64,000 nt of DNA from a virus (lineage: Duplodnaviria; Caudoviricetes): IMG/VR virus record IMGVR_UViG_3300033076_001039, positions 1 through 64,000 of that record, one strand, 5' to 3'. Below the pieces are notes generated by a model. The model saw only the letters and a list, made by a program, of their open reading frames with translations. It had not been told where the DNA came from and made no database searches. Every line of letters begins with the position of its first letter. Position 1 is the stretch's first letter. A program made the position numbers and the translations under genes. Positions 47,031 to 56,608 of this stretch are shown one piece after another.

Positions 47031-47757
47031 AAAAGTCGACCCCAAAACCAACATTAACTGTTAGTTTTTCTCCTGACGGGGCCATAATAGTTTTATTCAT
47101 GTCTAATCTTGGTTCATTTTCATTCATAAAATTTCTAATGAATTTTGAATCCATAATCGGCATTGACTCAATAAATTTGGCAATTCCCGCTTTGTCTGTT
47201 GAGCCGTCTACTTCAACAATTTCTCTTTCCATTCTCCAAGTAACTCGTGGAATTGTTCTACCTTGTGGGTACATCGATGCCATTTTGTTAATTTCCATAA
47301 TCTCCCCATAAGTTAATGGTTTTAACTTAATAGTTGATTGAGACTTTGGTAGAAGTACCGTAAATGAACCGTCCTCATTTGGTTTTTGTTTACCCACTAT
47401 TGACAATTCATCTAACATTACGTTTGTTTGGAAAGGTTTTTTTGTGACGGGGTCAGTCACGTTAATTGTCATCTCAGGACCAAATGCAGTATTTCTCAAA
47501 AATATTAGAATTGCTTCAACATCACCTTCAATTAAATCTTCAACTCTAACATCTGGTTCATAGATTTTAGCTCTTAATAAGGTCATGGTTAAATCATTCG
47601 CCCCACCCATCAAAATATTTTCATCCGATGCCGTTAGGTATCCAACTTTCAAGGATTTCTTTTTATTCTTATAAAAGATACCCTGTGATGGTAATTGAAC
47701 CACGTCGTGTGGTAATGTAAAGTTTTCTTGACCGTAGTCTCTTGCTTGATTTTCCAT
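47014..47757 (-). CDS. Tail/baseplate hub assembly chaperone (T4 gp26-like)
   Basis: VQLPSQG..Y, YLTASDENIL, DLIEGDVEAILIFLRNTAFG, ending VDFFRP; between tube and tape measure genes. Confidence 0.8.
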   Translation of the reverse strand: MENQARDYGQENFTLPHDVVQLPSQGIFYKNKKKSLKVGYLTASDENILMGGANDLTMTLLRAKIYEPDVRVEDLIEGDVEAILIFLRNTAFGPEMTINVTDPVTKKPFQTNVMLDELSIVGKQKPNEDGSFTVLLPKSQSTIKLKPLTYGEIMEINKMASMYPQGRTIPRVTWRMEREIVEVDGSTDKAGIAKFIESMPIMDSKFIRNFMNENEPRLDMNKTIMAPSGEKLTVNVGFGVDFFRPFF

Positions 47758-47759
47758 AT

Positions 47760-47796
47760 AAAAAAATAACCGTAAAGTTTATTAGCTTTACGGTTA
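47760..47796 (-). terminator. Intrinsic terminator after tail tube gene
   Basis: TAACCGTAAAG, 8-nt loop, CTTTACGGTTA, then T7 on the minus strand. Confidence 0.8.
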
Positions 47797-47829
47797 AATA
47801 TAAGTGAGTATGATTTTATGTAAACAGTA

Positions 47830-48318
47830 TTAGTATACTAACACACATCTATCCATTCTTAAAGAAGCTGTGATATCCGCCAACGCATCCTGACTGTAAG
47901 ATAACGCTCCGAAGTTTACATCAGTTAAGAATGTTCCATAAAGAATCCATTTCTCAACAACAACTCCTGTTGGGTCCAACATTTCAAGGTCGATGTCTTT
48001 TTTATAACCCGCAGCATAACCCATACGACCTGTCACTGATTCAGCGTGTAAACGAACCCACTCCATAAGTGCTTGTGCCGCTGATGGACCGATAGGGTCA
48101 CGGAACTTAACACTGATTGGGTCCCAGTTAAATCTACCTGCAACGAATGTAGATGTATTCAAAAATTGTATTTCAGTTGCACCAATCTTAATAGATGGTC
48201 TTGAAGCGCTTTCAACAAACCACTCGTTGATACCCAAACTTGACGGAAACCTTAAGATGAAACGGTTCTGACGTTTCGGTTCGTAAGGTATCGGCATTTT
48301 CATTAATAAATCAGCCAT
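47830..48318 (-). CDS. Tail tube protein (T4 gp19-like)
   Basis: EPKRQNRFIL, AGRFNWDPISVKFRD, YKKDIDLEMLDPTGVVVEKWILYG; downstream of sheath. Confidence 0.9.
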   Translation of the reverse strand: MADLLMKMPIPYEPKRQNRFILRFPSSLGINEWFVESASRPSIKIGATEIQFLNTSTFVAGRFNWDPISVKFRDPIGPSAAQALMEWVRLHAESVTGRMGYAAGYKKDIDLEMLDPTGVVVEKWILYGTFLTDVNFGALSYSQDALADITASLRMDRCVLVY

Positions 48319-48417
48319 GTTATTTTAAATTTTGTTTTTTTTGTTTTGTTTATATCCTATAAATATAGTCTTGTTAAAAATTTTTTCTCTTTACTTTTAT
48401 TTTGTTAAGGTTATTCA

Positions 48418-49248
48418 TTACTTATATTCCTTCTTAACGCCACCAGCAGTAGAATAAGTTTTAACTATATTATCTGGTTTATCTTTAAAGTGTTTACTCA
48501 TTACTTCTACATTTCTAACATCATCATCTGAGAATCCAATACTAGGTTGCTCTGGAACGAAGTTATTTGAAATATCATTTTTTACAAATGCTTTCTTATT
48601 TAACAAATTTGCCATTCCTTTAATATAAGAAACGAAATCTTCCATCGCTCGAACCTTTGCTTCTTCAGGGTTGGCAGCACCTTCCTCATCTCCGAAAGAC
48701 ACTGGATGATATTTGTTGAGTTCTAAATACGACTTGATTAATTCATCGTCAGTCATATCGTCCTCGTCGACAAACGTCCTGTATTTTTTAAGGTTCTTAA
48801 CTAGTTGGTCTTTATCGATACCATTAAATCCGTCAATAATATAATTGTAAACGGCTTGTTTTAAAGTGTTGGGGTTGTGACCTCTTGCGGTAATGATTGA
48901 AAAGATTGACCCGTTATTAATAGCTTCTCTGAAGTCATTGAATGCTGGTCCAAGTTTTGCTCTCATTGCATCTATAAGAAAATCTTTATCACCCTCAGTT
49001 CTAAAGTTTTTGAATGGGTCATCACCATATCCTACAATAGTTTCACCATTATATTCAAATGGTTCTTTTCCGATGATTCCTCGGTATTCCGCAAAATCAT
49101 CTGTACTCATACCAACCTCATCACCATCTTCAGTTTTTAATATTATCTTTGTCGGCATGTGAACAATGTTATCATCCCAATCAAATGCATAATATTTCAT
49201 ATCTGGTGTACCCTCACCTTTAAATCCCTCTCTTAATTGTCTCTTCAT
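48418..49248 (-). CDS. HAD-superfamily hydrolase/phosphatase
   Basis: Motif I AFDWDDN, motif II ITARG, motif III Lys (EEAK), motif IV FSDDD. ATG 49248 preferred over TTG 49257. Confidence 0.7.
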   Translation of the reverse strand: MKRQLREGFKGEGTPDMKYYAFDWDDNIVHMPTKIILKTEDGDEVGMSTDDFAEYRGIIGKEPFEYNGETIVGYGDDPFKNFRTEGDKDFLIDAMRAKLGPAFNDFREAINNGSIFSIITARGHNPNTLKQAVYNYIIDGFNGIDKDQLVKNLKKYRTFVDEDDMTDDELIKSYLELNKYHPVSFGDEEGAANPEEAKVRAMEDFVSYIKGMANLLNKKAFVKNDISNNFVPEQPSIGFSDDDVRNVEVMSKHFKDKPDNIVKTYSTAGGVKKEYK

Positions 49249-49262
49249 ACTTGGCAAATAAA

Positions 49263-49283
49263 GGGGGTACGGTTAGTACCCCC
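49263..49283 (-). terminator. Intrinsic terminator after sheath gene
   Basis: GGGGGTAC-TAACC-GTACCCCC then TTTATTT on the minus strand. Confidence 0.8.
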
Positions 49284-49293
49284 GTTAAGTTTA

Positions 49294-52200
49294 TTAGATG
49301 TTTTCAAACGAAGCTCCTGTTGGAGTGATAAAGAATTCGATGTCGATGAATTCTAACGCCTTCGTTGGTTTCAAGTAAATTTTACCAGTTAATGTATTTC
49401 TATCTAAGTCTTCAGGTGAAGAAGATACAGTTACACGGAAATCGTATAAACCTCTGTCTCTTCTAATTGAATCCAAGATAGGGTTAACACTATCTAAGAA
49501 TTGTTGTCTAACAATTTGGTCGTTTTGTTCGAACAATAATCTTACCGCCACTGCTGAAATCAACTTACGTGCTTGAAGTAATAATCTTCTTACGTTTAAT
49601 CTGTTAAGTGCTGTGTCAGCAATTTGTAAAGTTTTGTTACCCCAAATTACAGTTCCTACATCAGAGAAAGTTGCGATAGGGTTAATTCTACCTTGATACA
49701 ACGTATCTCTATCAGTCTGTGTAAGTTTTTGTCTAGCTTTGATTGAATTAACAAGACCTCTTGTGTAACCCGCCGATGCGAACCATGGGAATGAAATGTT
49801 ATCTGTCAACGCTAAGTTTCTACAAACCTCACCTGTTGGTGGTAAGTAAATTTGAGTGTTATTTACAGTATCTCTTGTTAAAATCCAAGGATAGTAAGTT
49901 GCAGTGTAGTTAGAATCAATTCCTGTGTTATCCAAGTTATCAACTGCTTCTTGTGAGTAGATGATATCTTGAGGATTAGAAGCATCTGGTGTATACATTC
50001 TATAGTCAGGAGTTGTACAGATATAAACTGAGTCAGCTCTTGAATACTGAACCATGTCAATTGCTTCTTCTACAAGGTTTGAGTTATTTACGTAGTCGAT
50101 ACTTGCAGTTGCGAACACGTTGATGTTTGTAGCTTCAGGGTTTGCAAATGTTAAGATACCAAGTAAGTAAGCGTAGTAGTCAGTGTTCGCGAAGTCTTGA
50201 GTATTATTTTGAACAACAATTCTCTTGAACATACCGTCACCTGTTGCAGTTGGGTATCTTGATGATGGGAATGCTCCCGCTAAGTAACCCGATGCACCTA
50301 ATTGGAATCTATCTTCGTTAGTTCTCCACTCTCTGTAAATATCCCATCCGTCAAATCCACCTGCAAAACACACTGTGAATTTTCTTGAGTAGATGAAGTA
50401 GTAAGGATTTTCCTGTGTTGCAGGGTCTTCTCTAAATTCTGCTACACCACATTCAAATGCTGTTTGTCCACTTGACATTGATGTATTTGAAATTGTAACA
50501 ACCGTTGCTCCTGAGTCCATGTGGAAACCTTTACTCAATACGTTCCATTTAACTGAATCTGTTGCAGTTTCCCAACCTGTTTGTGGATTTTGTTTTCCTT
50601 TGTAAGTTAAGAATGATTCATCAATACCATATTGTGTTGAGAACCCTAAGTAACTTCTTCTAACGATATCACCTGGTGATTCTACTGAATTTGAACCTCC
50701 TGTAGCAGTACCAAATGGTGGGTTAGCAATTACCTCTCCTGGATAGTCATATTTAGTTTTGAATTTAGGGTATGGTGATGGATATGTTTGTACGTCAGAA
50801 TACTCTCTTTGTGTATAACCATAGAAACCACAAGGTAGTGCATCTATTGGTGCTTCGTCAGCCATTTCAACCATGATGTATTTTGAAATCAAAGCAAACT
50901 CACCGTTAGATGAACCAATTTTTTTAGCAATAAAGTTGTTAGATGCTGGGTCCAAGTTACAATTTGTAAATTTCTCAATAACTACAGGATTAGCATCAGT
51001 GTCAAAGAAGTTTCTAACAAATACATCAAAAGACATATTGTTGTATGACATGTTTGCCAATGAAACTTTAATTTCAGTATTTGCTGAATCACCATCTGAA
51101 ATTGATATGAACTTAAACAAGTTGTAAACTTTATTACCTCTTAATTCAGAAACAATAAATGGTGTCTCAGGTGATTGGTATCTTTCTAAATTCCAAGCAA
51201 TTGATTGACTTGATTGACTTCTAGCACTTGGTAATGCAATTAATTCAGAATTCAAACCTCTGATGTAACCTTGGTTGTATGCGTAATTCAAACTACCTTG
51301 ATAAATTTCTTCTACAAAAATAGGTGTTTCAAATCTTGACTTACCGAAGTTATCAACACCTAAAACTTTAGTTAAATATTTTGCGGATAAAGCCGATAAT
51401 GAAGTCTCAAACGAGAATGTATCACTATCTTTAGTTACACCTGATAATAAGAATGTTGCAAATGGTGAAGTTGTAATACCTGAATATTGTCCTGTACTAA
51501 CAATTTGTAAATCAGTAAGACCACTAACTTGGTAAACAGGTCCGTGGTTTTCGCTTGTAGAACTATTAGAGTATAATGAAATACCTCTTGAACGTAAGGT
51601 ACCAACTACCATGTTATTAAATTCTGTATATGCAGTTCCTGTGAATGTGTAGGATTCACCTGTAACAGTTCCTGTGAATGAACCTGAACCACCTGATACT
51701 AAATCACTAACAGAATAGTAGAATGAATAACCTGTGTAAGCATTTCCTGAAGAAATGTTAAAGTTAGCGTAGAACCATGGGTCGTTTGATGCTGCAGATA
51801 AATCGTTATCATCAAAAGTATTAACACAATTGTATGGGTTAGTAACCGCAGTATAAGTTGTTGTTAAAGAATCGTAATCAGCATTAGGAATCGCACCATA
51901 TACTACCGCAGTTGTTGCAGATAATGAAGGTGTGTCGATAATTTGACCTAAATAAGCATTGAAGTCTGTTTGTAAAGATGAAACAGAACCGTCTTGAACT
52001 CTATACTGTAGGTTCAAGTTTGATTGAACTTGTGTTGGTAATGCCCCACCCACAAATGTAACCGTACTTCCTGATGCATCACCTGTAAATGTTGCAGTGA
52101 AAGAGGTTGGTGTTGATGGGTCACCAATAGTTGTTGGGTCAACATTGGCAATTAATGATAAACTCCAAGATGGACCCGCATCGTAACCTGACAATCCCAA

Positions 52201-52497
52201 TACTCTCGTAACAAACAATTGGTTTGATTGTTGTAAATAAGATTTAGCAATGTATGCTGCCTCATATTTTGGGATTTGAGTGTTATAAAACTTAACGGGT
52301 TCAGTCCCTCCAAAATATGCTTGGAACTCATCGTAGTTTGTTATGAATACTGGTTCAAATGCTGGACCTCTTAAGGTTTCCCCAACAATACCTAATGTTG
52401 TAACCCCTACACTTTGGGCCACAAAAGATAAGTCGGTTTCAGATGTGTATACGCCTGGTGATACGAATACTTTTTGATTTGCTTGTGCTGTTGCCAT
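49294..52497 (-). CDS. Contractile tail sheath protein (T4 gp18-like), 1067 aa
   Basis: FVSPGVYTSETD, GPAFEP, PWFASAGYTRG, RINPIATF, WGNKTLQ, LNVRRLL, FEQND, IYLKPTKALEFI. Confidence 0.96.
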   Translation of the reverse strand: MATAQANQKVFVSPGVYTSETDLSFVAQSVGVTTLGIVGETLRGPAFEPVFITNYDEFQAYFGGTEPVKFYNTQIPKYEAAYIAKSYLQQSNQLFVTRVLGLSGYDAGPSWSLSLIANVDPTTIGDPSTPTSFTATFTGDASGSTVTFVGGALPTQVQSNLNLQYRVQDGSVSSLQTDFNAYLGQIIDTPSLSATTAVVYGAIPNADYDSLTTTYTAVTNPYNCVNTFDDNDLSAASNDPWFYANFNISSGNAYTGYSFYYSVSDLVSGGSGSFTGTVTGESYTFTGTAYTEFNNMVVGTLRSRGISLYSNSSTSENHGPVYQVSGLTDLQIVSTGQYSGITTSPFATFLLSGVTKDSDTFSFETSLSALSAKYLTKVLGVDNFGKSRFETPIFVEEIYQGSLNYAYNQGYIRGLNSELIALPSARSQSSQSIAWNLERYQSPETPFIVSELRGNKVYNLFKFISISDGDSANTEIKVSLANMSYNNMSFDVFVRNFFDTDANPVVIEKFTNCNLDPASNNFIAKKIGSSNGEFALISKYIMVEMADEAPIDALPCGFYGYTQREYSDVQTYPSPYPKFKTKYDYPGEVIANPPFGTATGGSNSVESPGDIVRRSYLGFSTQYGIDESFLTYKGKQNPQTGWETATDSVKWNVLSKGFHMDSGATVVTISNTSMSSGQTAFECGVAEFREDPATQENPYYFIYSRKFTVCFAGGFDGWDIYREWRTNEDRFQLGASGYLAGAFPSSRYPTATGDGMFKRIVVQNNTQDFANTDYYAYLLGILTFANPEATNINVFATASIDYVNNSNLVEEAIDMVQYSRADSVYICTTPDYRMYTPDASNPQDIIYSQEAVDNLDNTGIDSNYTATYYPWILTRDTVNNTQIYLPPTGEVCRNLALTDNISFPWFASAGYTRGLVNSIKARQKLTQTDRDTLYQGRINPIATFSDVGTVIWGNKTLQIADTALNRLNVRRLLLQARKLISAVAVRLLFEQNDQIVRQQFLDSVNPILDSIRRDRGLYDFRVTVSSSPEDLDRNTLTGKIYLKPTKALEFIDIEFFITPTGASFENI

Positions 52498-52531
52498 TAT
52501 TAAATTATTCTGTTACAGATTTATTTTATTG

Positions 52532-52582
52532 ATAAATATTCAAGTTTTTACGAAAAAACTTTACTTTTACATAAGTATTTAT
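52532..52582. promoter_or_regulatory. Divergent TATTTAT elements between sheath and RHH genes (example of a window-wide motif)
   Basis: TATTTAT on minus at 52538-52532 and on plus at 52576-52582, each upstream of its own gene; the same motif precedes 13 other genes. Confidence 0.6.
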
Positions 52583-52617
52583 AAACGGTATGAATTAATT
52601 CTACCTTTTTTCTGCCC

Positions 52618-52779
52618 ATGAAAACTAAGAAAGAAATAAAGAATATTAAAATATCCCCTGAATCACATGAAATCCTAAAAAAGTACTGTGATAAACGTGG
52701 AATCAAGATTTACAAGTTTTTAGAAAATTTGATTATAGAAAAGTGTAAAGAAAAAAAAGATATCTACGGAGAAGATTAA
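52618..52779 (+). CDS. Ribbon-helix-helix (CopG/Arc-like) DNA-binding protein, 53 aa; not in ORF track
   Basis: MKTKKEIKNIKISPESHEILKKYCDKRGIKIYKFLENLIIEKCKEKKDIYGED: alternating beta strand, helix, G-turn, helix. Fills an otherwise empty gap. Confidence 0.75.
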   Translation: MKTKKEIKNIKISPESHEILKKYCDKRGIKIYKFLENLIIEKCKEKKDIYGED

Positions 52780-53819
52780 ACTAGTTTGTTTTCGAATAGT
52801 ATATTAGCAGGTAGAGTGATATTATCTTTTGTTACTTCAATCCTTAATACATCATTTGTGGTAATTTCAATTCTTTGTAAATCACTACCATAATAATCAC
52901 CATTAATGTAGACATCAAAAGTATCTACATTATCGGTTGATACTAAATTCATATTCGCAGTAAAATCAATAACATCTGTCAACATTGTATTTCCTGAAAC
53001 AAATAAAAACGGCATTTCAAAAGTGTCAGGATTTTCAGGGTTTTGGTCTCTTCTTCTTTTTCTTGATGACGTATCAACCTCAATAAGTTGTGTAACTCTT
53101 TGGATTGCAGGTTTAACTTCAAACTCTTCTTCATCAATTAAATAACCCAACATTGTAAAGTCATAACTCTGAACATAATACTTTCTCGCATCCATATTCA
53201 TTTGAGATTCGTCCGATACATTATTTAAAATAATTGGAACGTATTGTCCTTTAATAAATGTGTATGCCTGTCTCGAAGAAAAAGTTTGCATAACAATCTT
53301 ATTCAACTGATTTAATTCCCTCATTCTATTACAAATGATTTTTACTTGGTAATTAATATCAACTGGTACAGGTTGTGGAATTGTATAAATGTCCATACCC
53401 TGTTCGTTTCCGTTCCATGTTGGGACTGAGGCATAATAGAATTGTTTTCTATTTGGGATTGTGTATTGAAGTGATGGATTTGTACCATATTTAACTTCAG
53501 GTGTCCTAACTACCGTAATAAATGGTGGTGCAGGATTGTAATCTAAATCCACAAATTGCCAAGTTTCTAAATATTGTGTCCAGTTTTGTGATGTAATAAT
53601 TATATCCAACATTGGGACTACTTTGCCTGCAGTTACAACTTCAAGTTCTGTCTTAACAAAATCAAGCATTCCCCTATCCAAGTCGGCATGTAATACTGAC
53701 TTTGGCAAATAAGTCCCGTCTTCCTTAATATATTCTAAAAGTTGTTCCCTTCTTTCAGATAATACTTTTTTTGGAACTAAAGGTAATGTTGGTTTTACAA
53801 CTGTTTTAGGTAGTGGCAT
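52776..53819 (-). CDS. Tail completion / sheath-terminator protein (T4 gp15-like)
   Basis: PVPVDINYQVKI...MRELNQL...YDFTMLGYL; sits between neck and sheath genes. Confidence 0.6.
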   Translation of the reverse strand: MPLPKTVVKPTLPLVPKKVLSERREQLLEYIKEDGTYLPKSVLHADLDRGMLDFVKTELEVVTAGKVVPMLDIIITSQNWTQYLETWQFVDLDYNPAPPFITVVRTPEVKYGTNPSLQYTIPNRKQFYYASVPTWNGNEQGMDIYTIPQPVPVDINYQVKIICNRMRELNQLNKIVMQTFSSRQAYTFIKGQYVPIILNNVSDESQMNMDARKYYVQSYDFTMLGYLIDEEEFEVKPAIQRVTQLIEVDTSSRKRRRDQNPENPDTFEMPFLFVSGNTMLTDVIDFTANMNLVSTDNVDTFDVYINGDYYGSDLQRIEITTNDVLRIEVTKDNITLPANILFENKLV

Positions 53820-54232
53820 TAGTCTTTTACTACAAATAGTTTATTTTGTGAATTAATCATATCAACTTCTGTTGCATTAAAAACAGGTTCTTCATTATTC
53901 TTATAAACAAATGAATCGTACTTATATGGGTTATAGGTTACAATTTTGTCTGATGGTGGACTTGGGATGTCATCACAAGGATATTCACAATAATCCAATA
54001 ATTTTCCAATCACAAATGCATGTACGTTTTTTGCCTTTTCGGAACGAACTCTTTCTTTACCACCTTTTCTAACTCTAAACTCAACATCACCCAATTTAAC
54101 ATAATCGGCATGCATAATTACTTTACCGTCATAGGTAACCGAAAAAGTATGTTTATGTAAGTTGTAATATACCATTACCTTCTTACCTAAAAACAAATTA
54201 TCAAATTGTGACTCAGTTATTAATAATTTCAT
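53819..54232 (-). CDS. Hypothetical phage protein (YNLH...KNVHAF...YNPY) with MKLLITESQ leader
   Basis: 137-aa ORF TAATG-coupled on both sides. Confidence 0.7.
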   Translation of the reverse strand: MKLLITESQFDNLFLGKKVMVYYNLHKHTFSVTYDGKVIMHADYVKLGDVEFRVRKGGKERVRSEKAKNVHAFVIGKLLDYCEYPCDDIPSPPSDKIVTYNPYKYDSFVYKNNEEPVFNATEVDMINSQNKLFVVKD

Positions 54233-54756
54233 TATATACCCCTAAATTCGTTTTCACTCACCCATGTTGCTACAATAGTTCTGTAGAATGGTTTGTAACC
54301 ACCATAAGTGTGTTTATTATCTGACTTAACATAACCGTCATCACTAACAGAATAATATCTAACTCGGTCTTCAGTTTCGTAATATCCAATGTAATCACCC
54401 ATCCATATTTCAACACCCAAATCATCAAGTGTTTTTTGATAAATTGAGAATTGCATACTACCTGGCTCTTGTATTTCAACTTTTGAATTACCGTAGAATT
54501 TATTTGTTGGAGGTAATATTTTTACCAAACCTTTTAATTCTACAGGAGCCATGAATTGAACTCCATCTTCCACAACCTCACCATACACATTATCTTTTTT
54601 GGTTTTGTATCGGTCAATACGATAAAGTACGATTGTAAAATTCATATCACCTTCAAGCCATTCCTGACCCATACCAATATCAAGGTCATAATCCTCACCA
54701 CCGAAGAACATACCCAATCTTGTAATTGGTACCAATTTTTCTGCCGTCTTTTTCAT
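54232..54756 (-). CDS. Putative head closure / neck protein (gp14-like)
   Basis: VLYRID..KT..NVYGE...GDYIGY...YYSV pattern; upstream of tail completion and sheath genes. Confidence 0.6.
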   Translation of the reverse strand: MKKTAEKLVPITRLGMFFGGEDYDLDIGMGQEWLEGDMNFTIVLYRIDRYKTKKDNVYGEVVEDGVQFMAPVELKGLVKILPPTNKFYGNSKVEIQEPGSMQFSIYQKTLDDLGVEIWMGDYIGYYETEDRVRYYSVSDDGYVKSDNKHTYGGYKPFYRTIVATWVSENEFRGI

Positions 54757-54812
54757 ATATTGATAAATACCTAAACTTTTACTATATTTAGTTTATAATT
54801 TATGAATTTTAA

Positions 54813-56567
54813 ATGAGTGATGTTAGTTTAGAGTCAAAAGCGATGTCTATTCTTGAGTCCTATGAGGGCGGCAACAACTATATCTTGGAATTAAAACGCA
54901 AATCACAAATCAATAAAAAGTTTTATCCGACAAGAAGTCAATCAGAATATATCATTAATTTTCACGACCAAAAACCAAAGGTAGCCAAAAAGTGGGTCAT
55001 TCTTGATGCATATTTTGCACAGAAATTGGCTGATGATAAATTATACACCGAAATACCACAAAAGGTTTGGGTAGAAAAATTATTAGCAGATAAAGAAAAG
55101 GCATATCATATTTGGGGTAGAATATTGGAAACCGAAGAATTACATGATTTTTGGTTACCGAAAGCATCAATTATAAAAGACAACTCTGTTAAAGATGTTG
55201 TAATTGATTATTCTAAATATTCTCATCGTCCACCACTTGAACATCAAAAAGAAGCAATTCAAAAATTGGTTGAGAACAAAAAGTTTATCTTGGCGGATGA
55301 CATGGGTCTCGGAAAAACTACTTCAACTATCATTGCAGCATTAGAGACGGGGGCAAAAAAAGTATTAATCATTTGTCCTGCAACTTTAAAGATTAACTGG
55401 AAACGAGAAATTGAAAATTATTCAAATAAAGAAGTGTTCATTGCTGAAGGTAAAAACTTTAGTACTGAAGAGGACTTTGTAATCATAAACTATGATATTA
55501 TAAAAAATTTCCATGACACTAAGAAAAAAGATGATTCTCAAATTCTTGCTGCCAATTTTGATTTGGTCATTGTCGATGAAGCACACTATATCAAAAATGC
55601 TACAGCTCAAAGGACAAAACTAATTAATGACATTGTTAAGAAAACCGAAAGACTTTGGTTATTAACGGGTACACCTATGACCTCAAGACCAATCGATTAC
55701 TTCAACTTGTTGAGTTTAATTGACTCTCCTGTAGCAAAGAATTGGATGGCCTATGCGATTCGTTATTGCGGTGGATACCAATTCAAAGTTGGAAACAGAA
55801 AAGTTTGGAATGTTATGGGTTCATCAAACTTGGAAGAGTTACGTGACCGAACATTAGGTTTAACATTAAGACGATTAAAAGAAAATGTACTTGACCTTCC
55901 TCCTAAGATAATTACCCCAGTATATTTAAGATTAAAGTCGAAAGAATATGAAAATGTTATGGGTGAGTACTACGATTGGTATGACAAGAACCCTGAAGAG
56001 TCAAAATCTTTAACAGTTCAATTCACGAAATTAACAAAGGTTAGACAAATCATCGCCGATGAAAAAATTAAACAAACTATTGAGCTCGCTGAAAACATTC
56101 TTGAACAAGACAAGAAAGTTATTATTTTCTGTAATTTCACTGATTCCTTAAATAAAATTGTAGAACACTTTGGGAAATCTGCGGTTAAACTTGATGGGTC
56201 AATGTCAAAACCTGAACGTCAACACGCCGTTGACCAATTTCAAGAGAACCCAAAAGTTAAAGTTTTCGTGGGTAACATTAAAGCTGCAGGTGTTGGTATT
56301 ACACTTACCGCAGCCGAAGCGGTTATCATGAATGATTTATCATTCCTACCATCAGACCATGCTCAAGCTGAAGACCGAGCATATCGTTACGGTCAAAAAA
56401 ATAATGTTTTGGTTTATTACCCAATATTCGAAAATACAATCGAAGGTATCATCTACGATATCTTAAACAATAAAAAACAAGTTATTGCCACGGTTATGGG
56501 GGATGACCAACATCCTGCAGATATGGCAGAAGAAATCCTACAAAGAATCAACGAACTGCGACATTAA
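54813..56567 (+). CDS. SNF2-family ATPase (SMARCAL1/HARP-like helicase)
   Basis: LADDMGLGKT, IICPATL..NW, DEAH, LTGTP, KVIIF, GVGITLTAA, QAEDRAYRYGQ. Confidence 0.92.
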   Translation: MSDVSLESKAMSILESYEGGNNYILELKRKSQINKKFYPTRSQSEYIINFHDQKPKVAKKWVILDAYFAQKLADDKLYTEIPQKVWVEKLLADKEKAYHIWGRILETEELHDFWLPKASIIKDNSVKDVVIDYSKYSHRPPLEHQKEAIQKLVENKKFILADDMGLGKTTSTIIAALETGAKKVLIICPATLKINWKREIENYSNKEVFIAEGKNFSTEEDFVIINYDIIKNFHDTKKKDDSQILAANFDLVIVDEAHYIKNATAQRTKLINDIVKKTERLWLLTGTPMTSRPIDYFNLLSLIDSPVAKNWMAYAIRYCGGYQFKVGNRKVWNVMGSSNLEELRDRTLGLTLRRLKENVLDLPPKIITPVYLRLKSKEYENVMGEYYDWYDKNPEESKSLTVQFTKLTKVRQIIADEKIKQTIELAENILEQDKKVIIFCNFTDSLNKIVEHFGKSAVKLDGSMSKPERQHAVDQFQENPKVKVFVGNIKAAGVGITLTAAEAVIMNDLSFLPSDHAQAEDRAYRYGQKNNVLVYYPIFENTIEGIIYDILNNKKQVIATVMGDDQHPADMAEEILQRINELRH

Positions 56568-56608
56568 CGAAGAATGGATTATTTATATATAACGGATAAT
56601 CCAATTAT

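Noticed and set aside
46976-47035. Classical -1 frameshift in the tail chaperone
   Set aside because: No in-frame X XXY YYZ heptamer, and the -1 frame closes after ~19 codons without chaperone-like sequence.
20335-52497. Bacterial extracellular contractile injection system or tailocin locus
   Set aside because: Neck proteins, PolB, helicase, SSB and RNR are interleaved with the tail genes, indicating a replicating phage.
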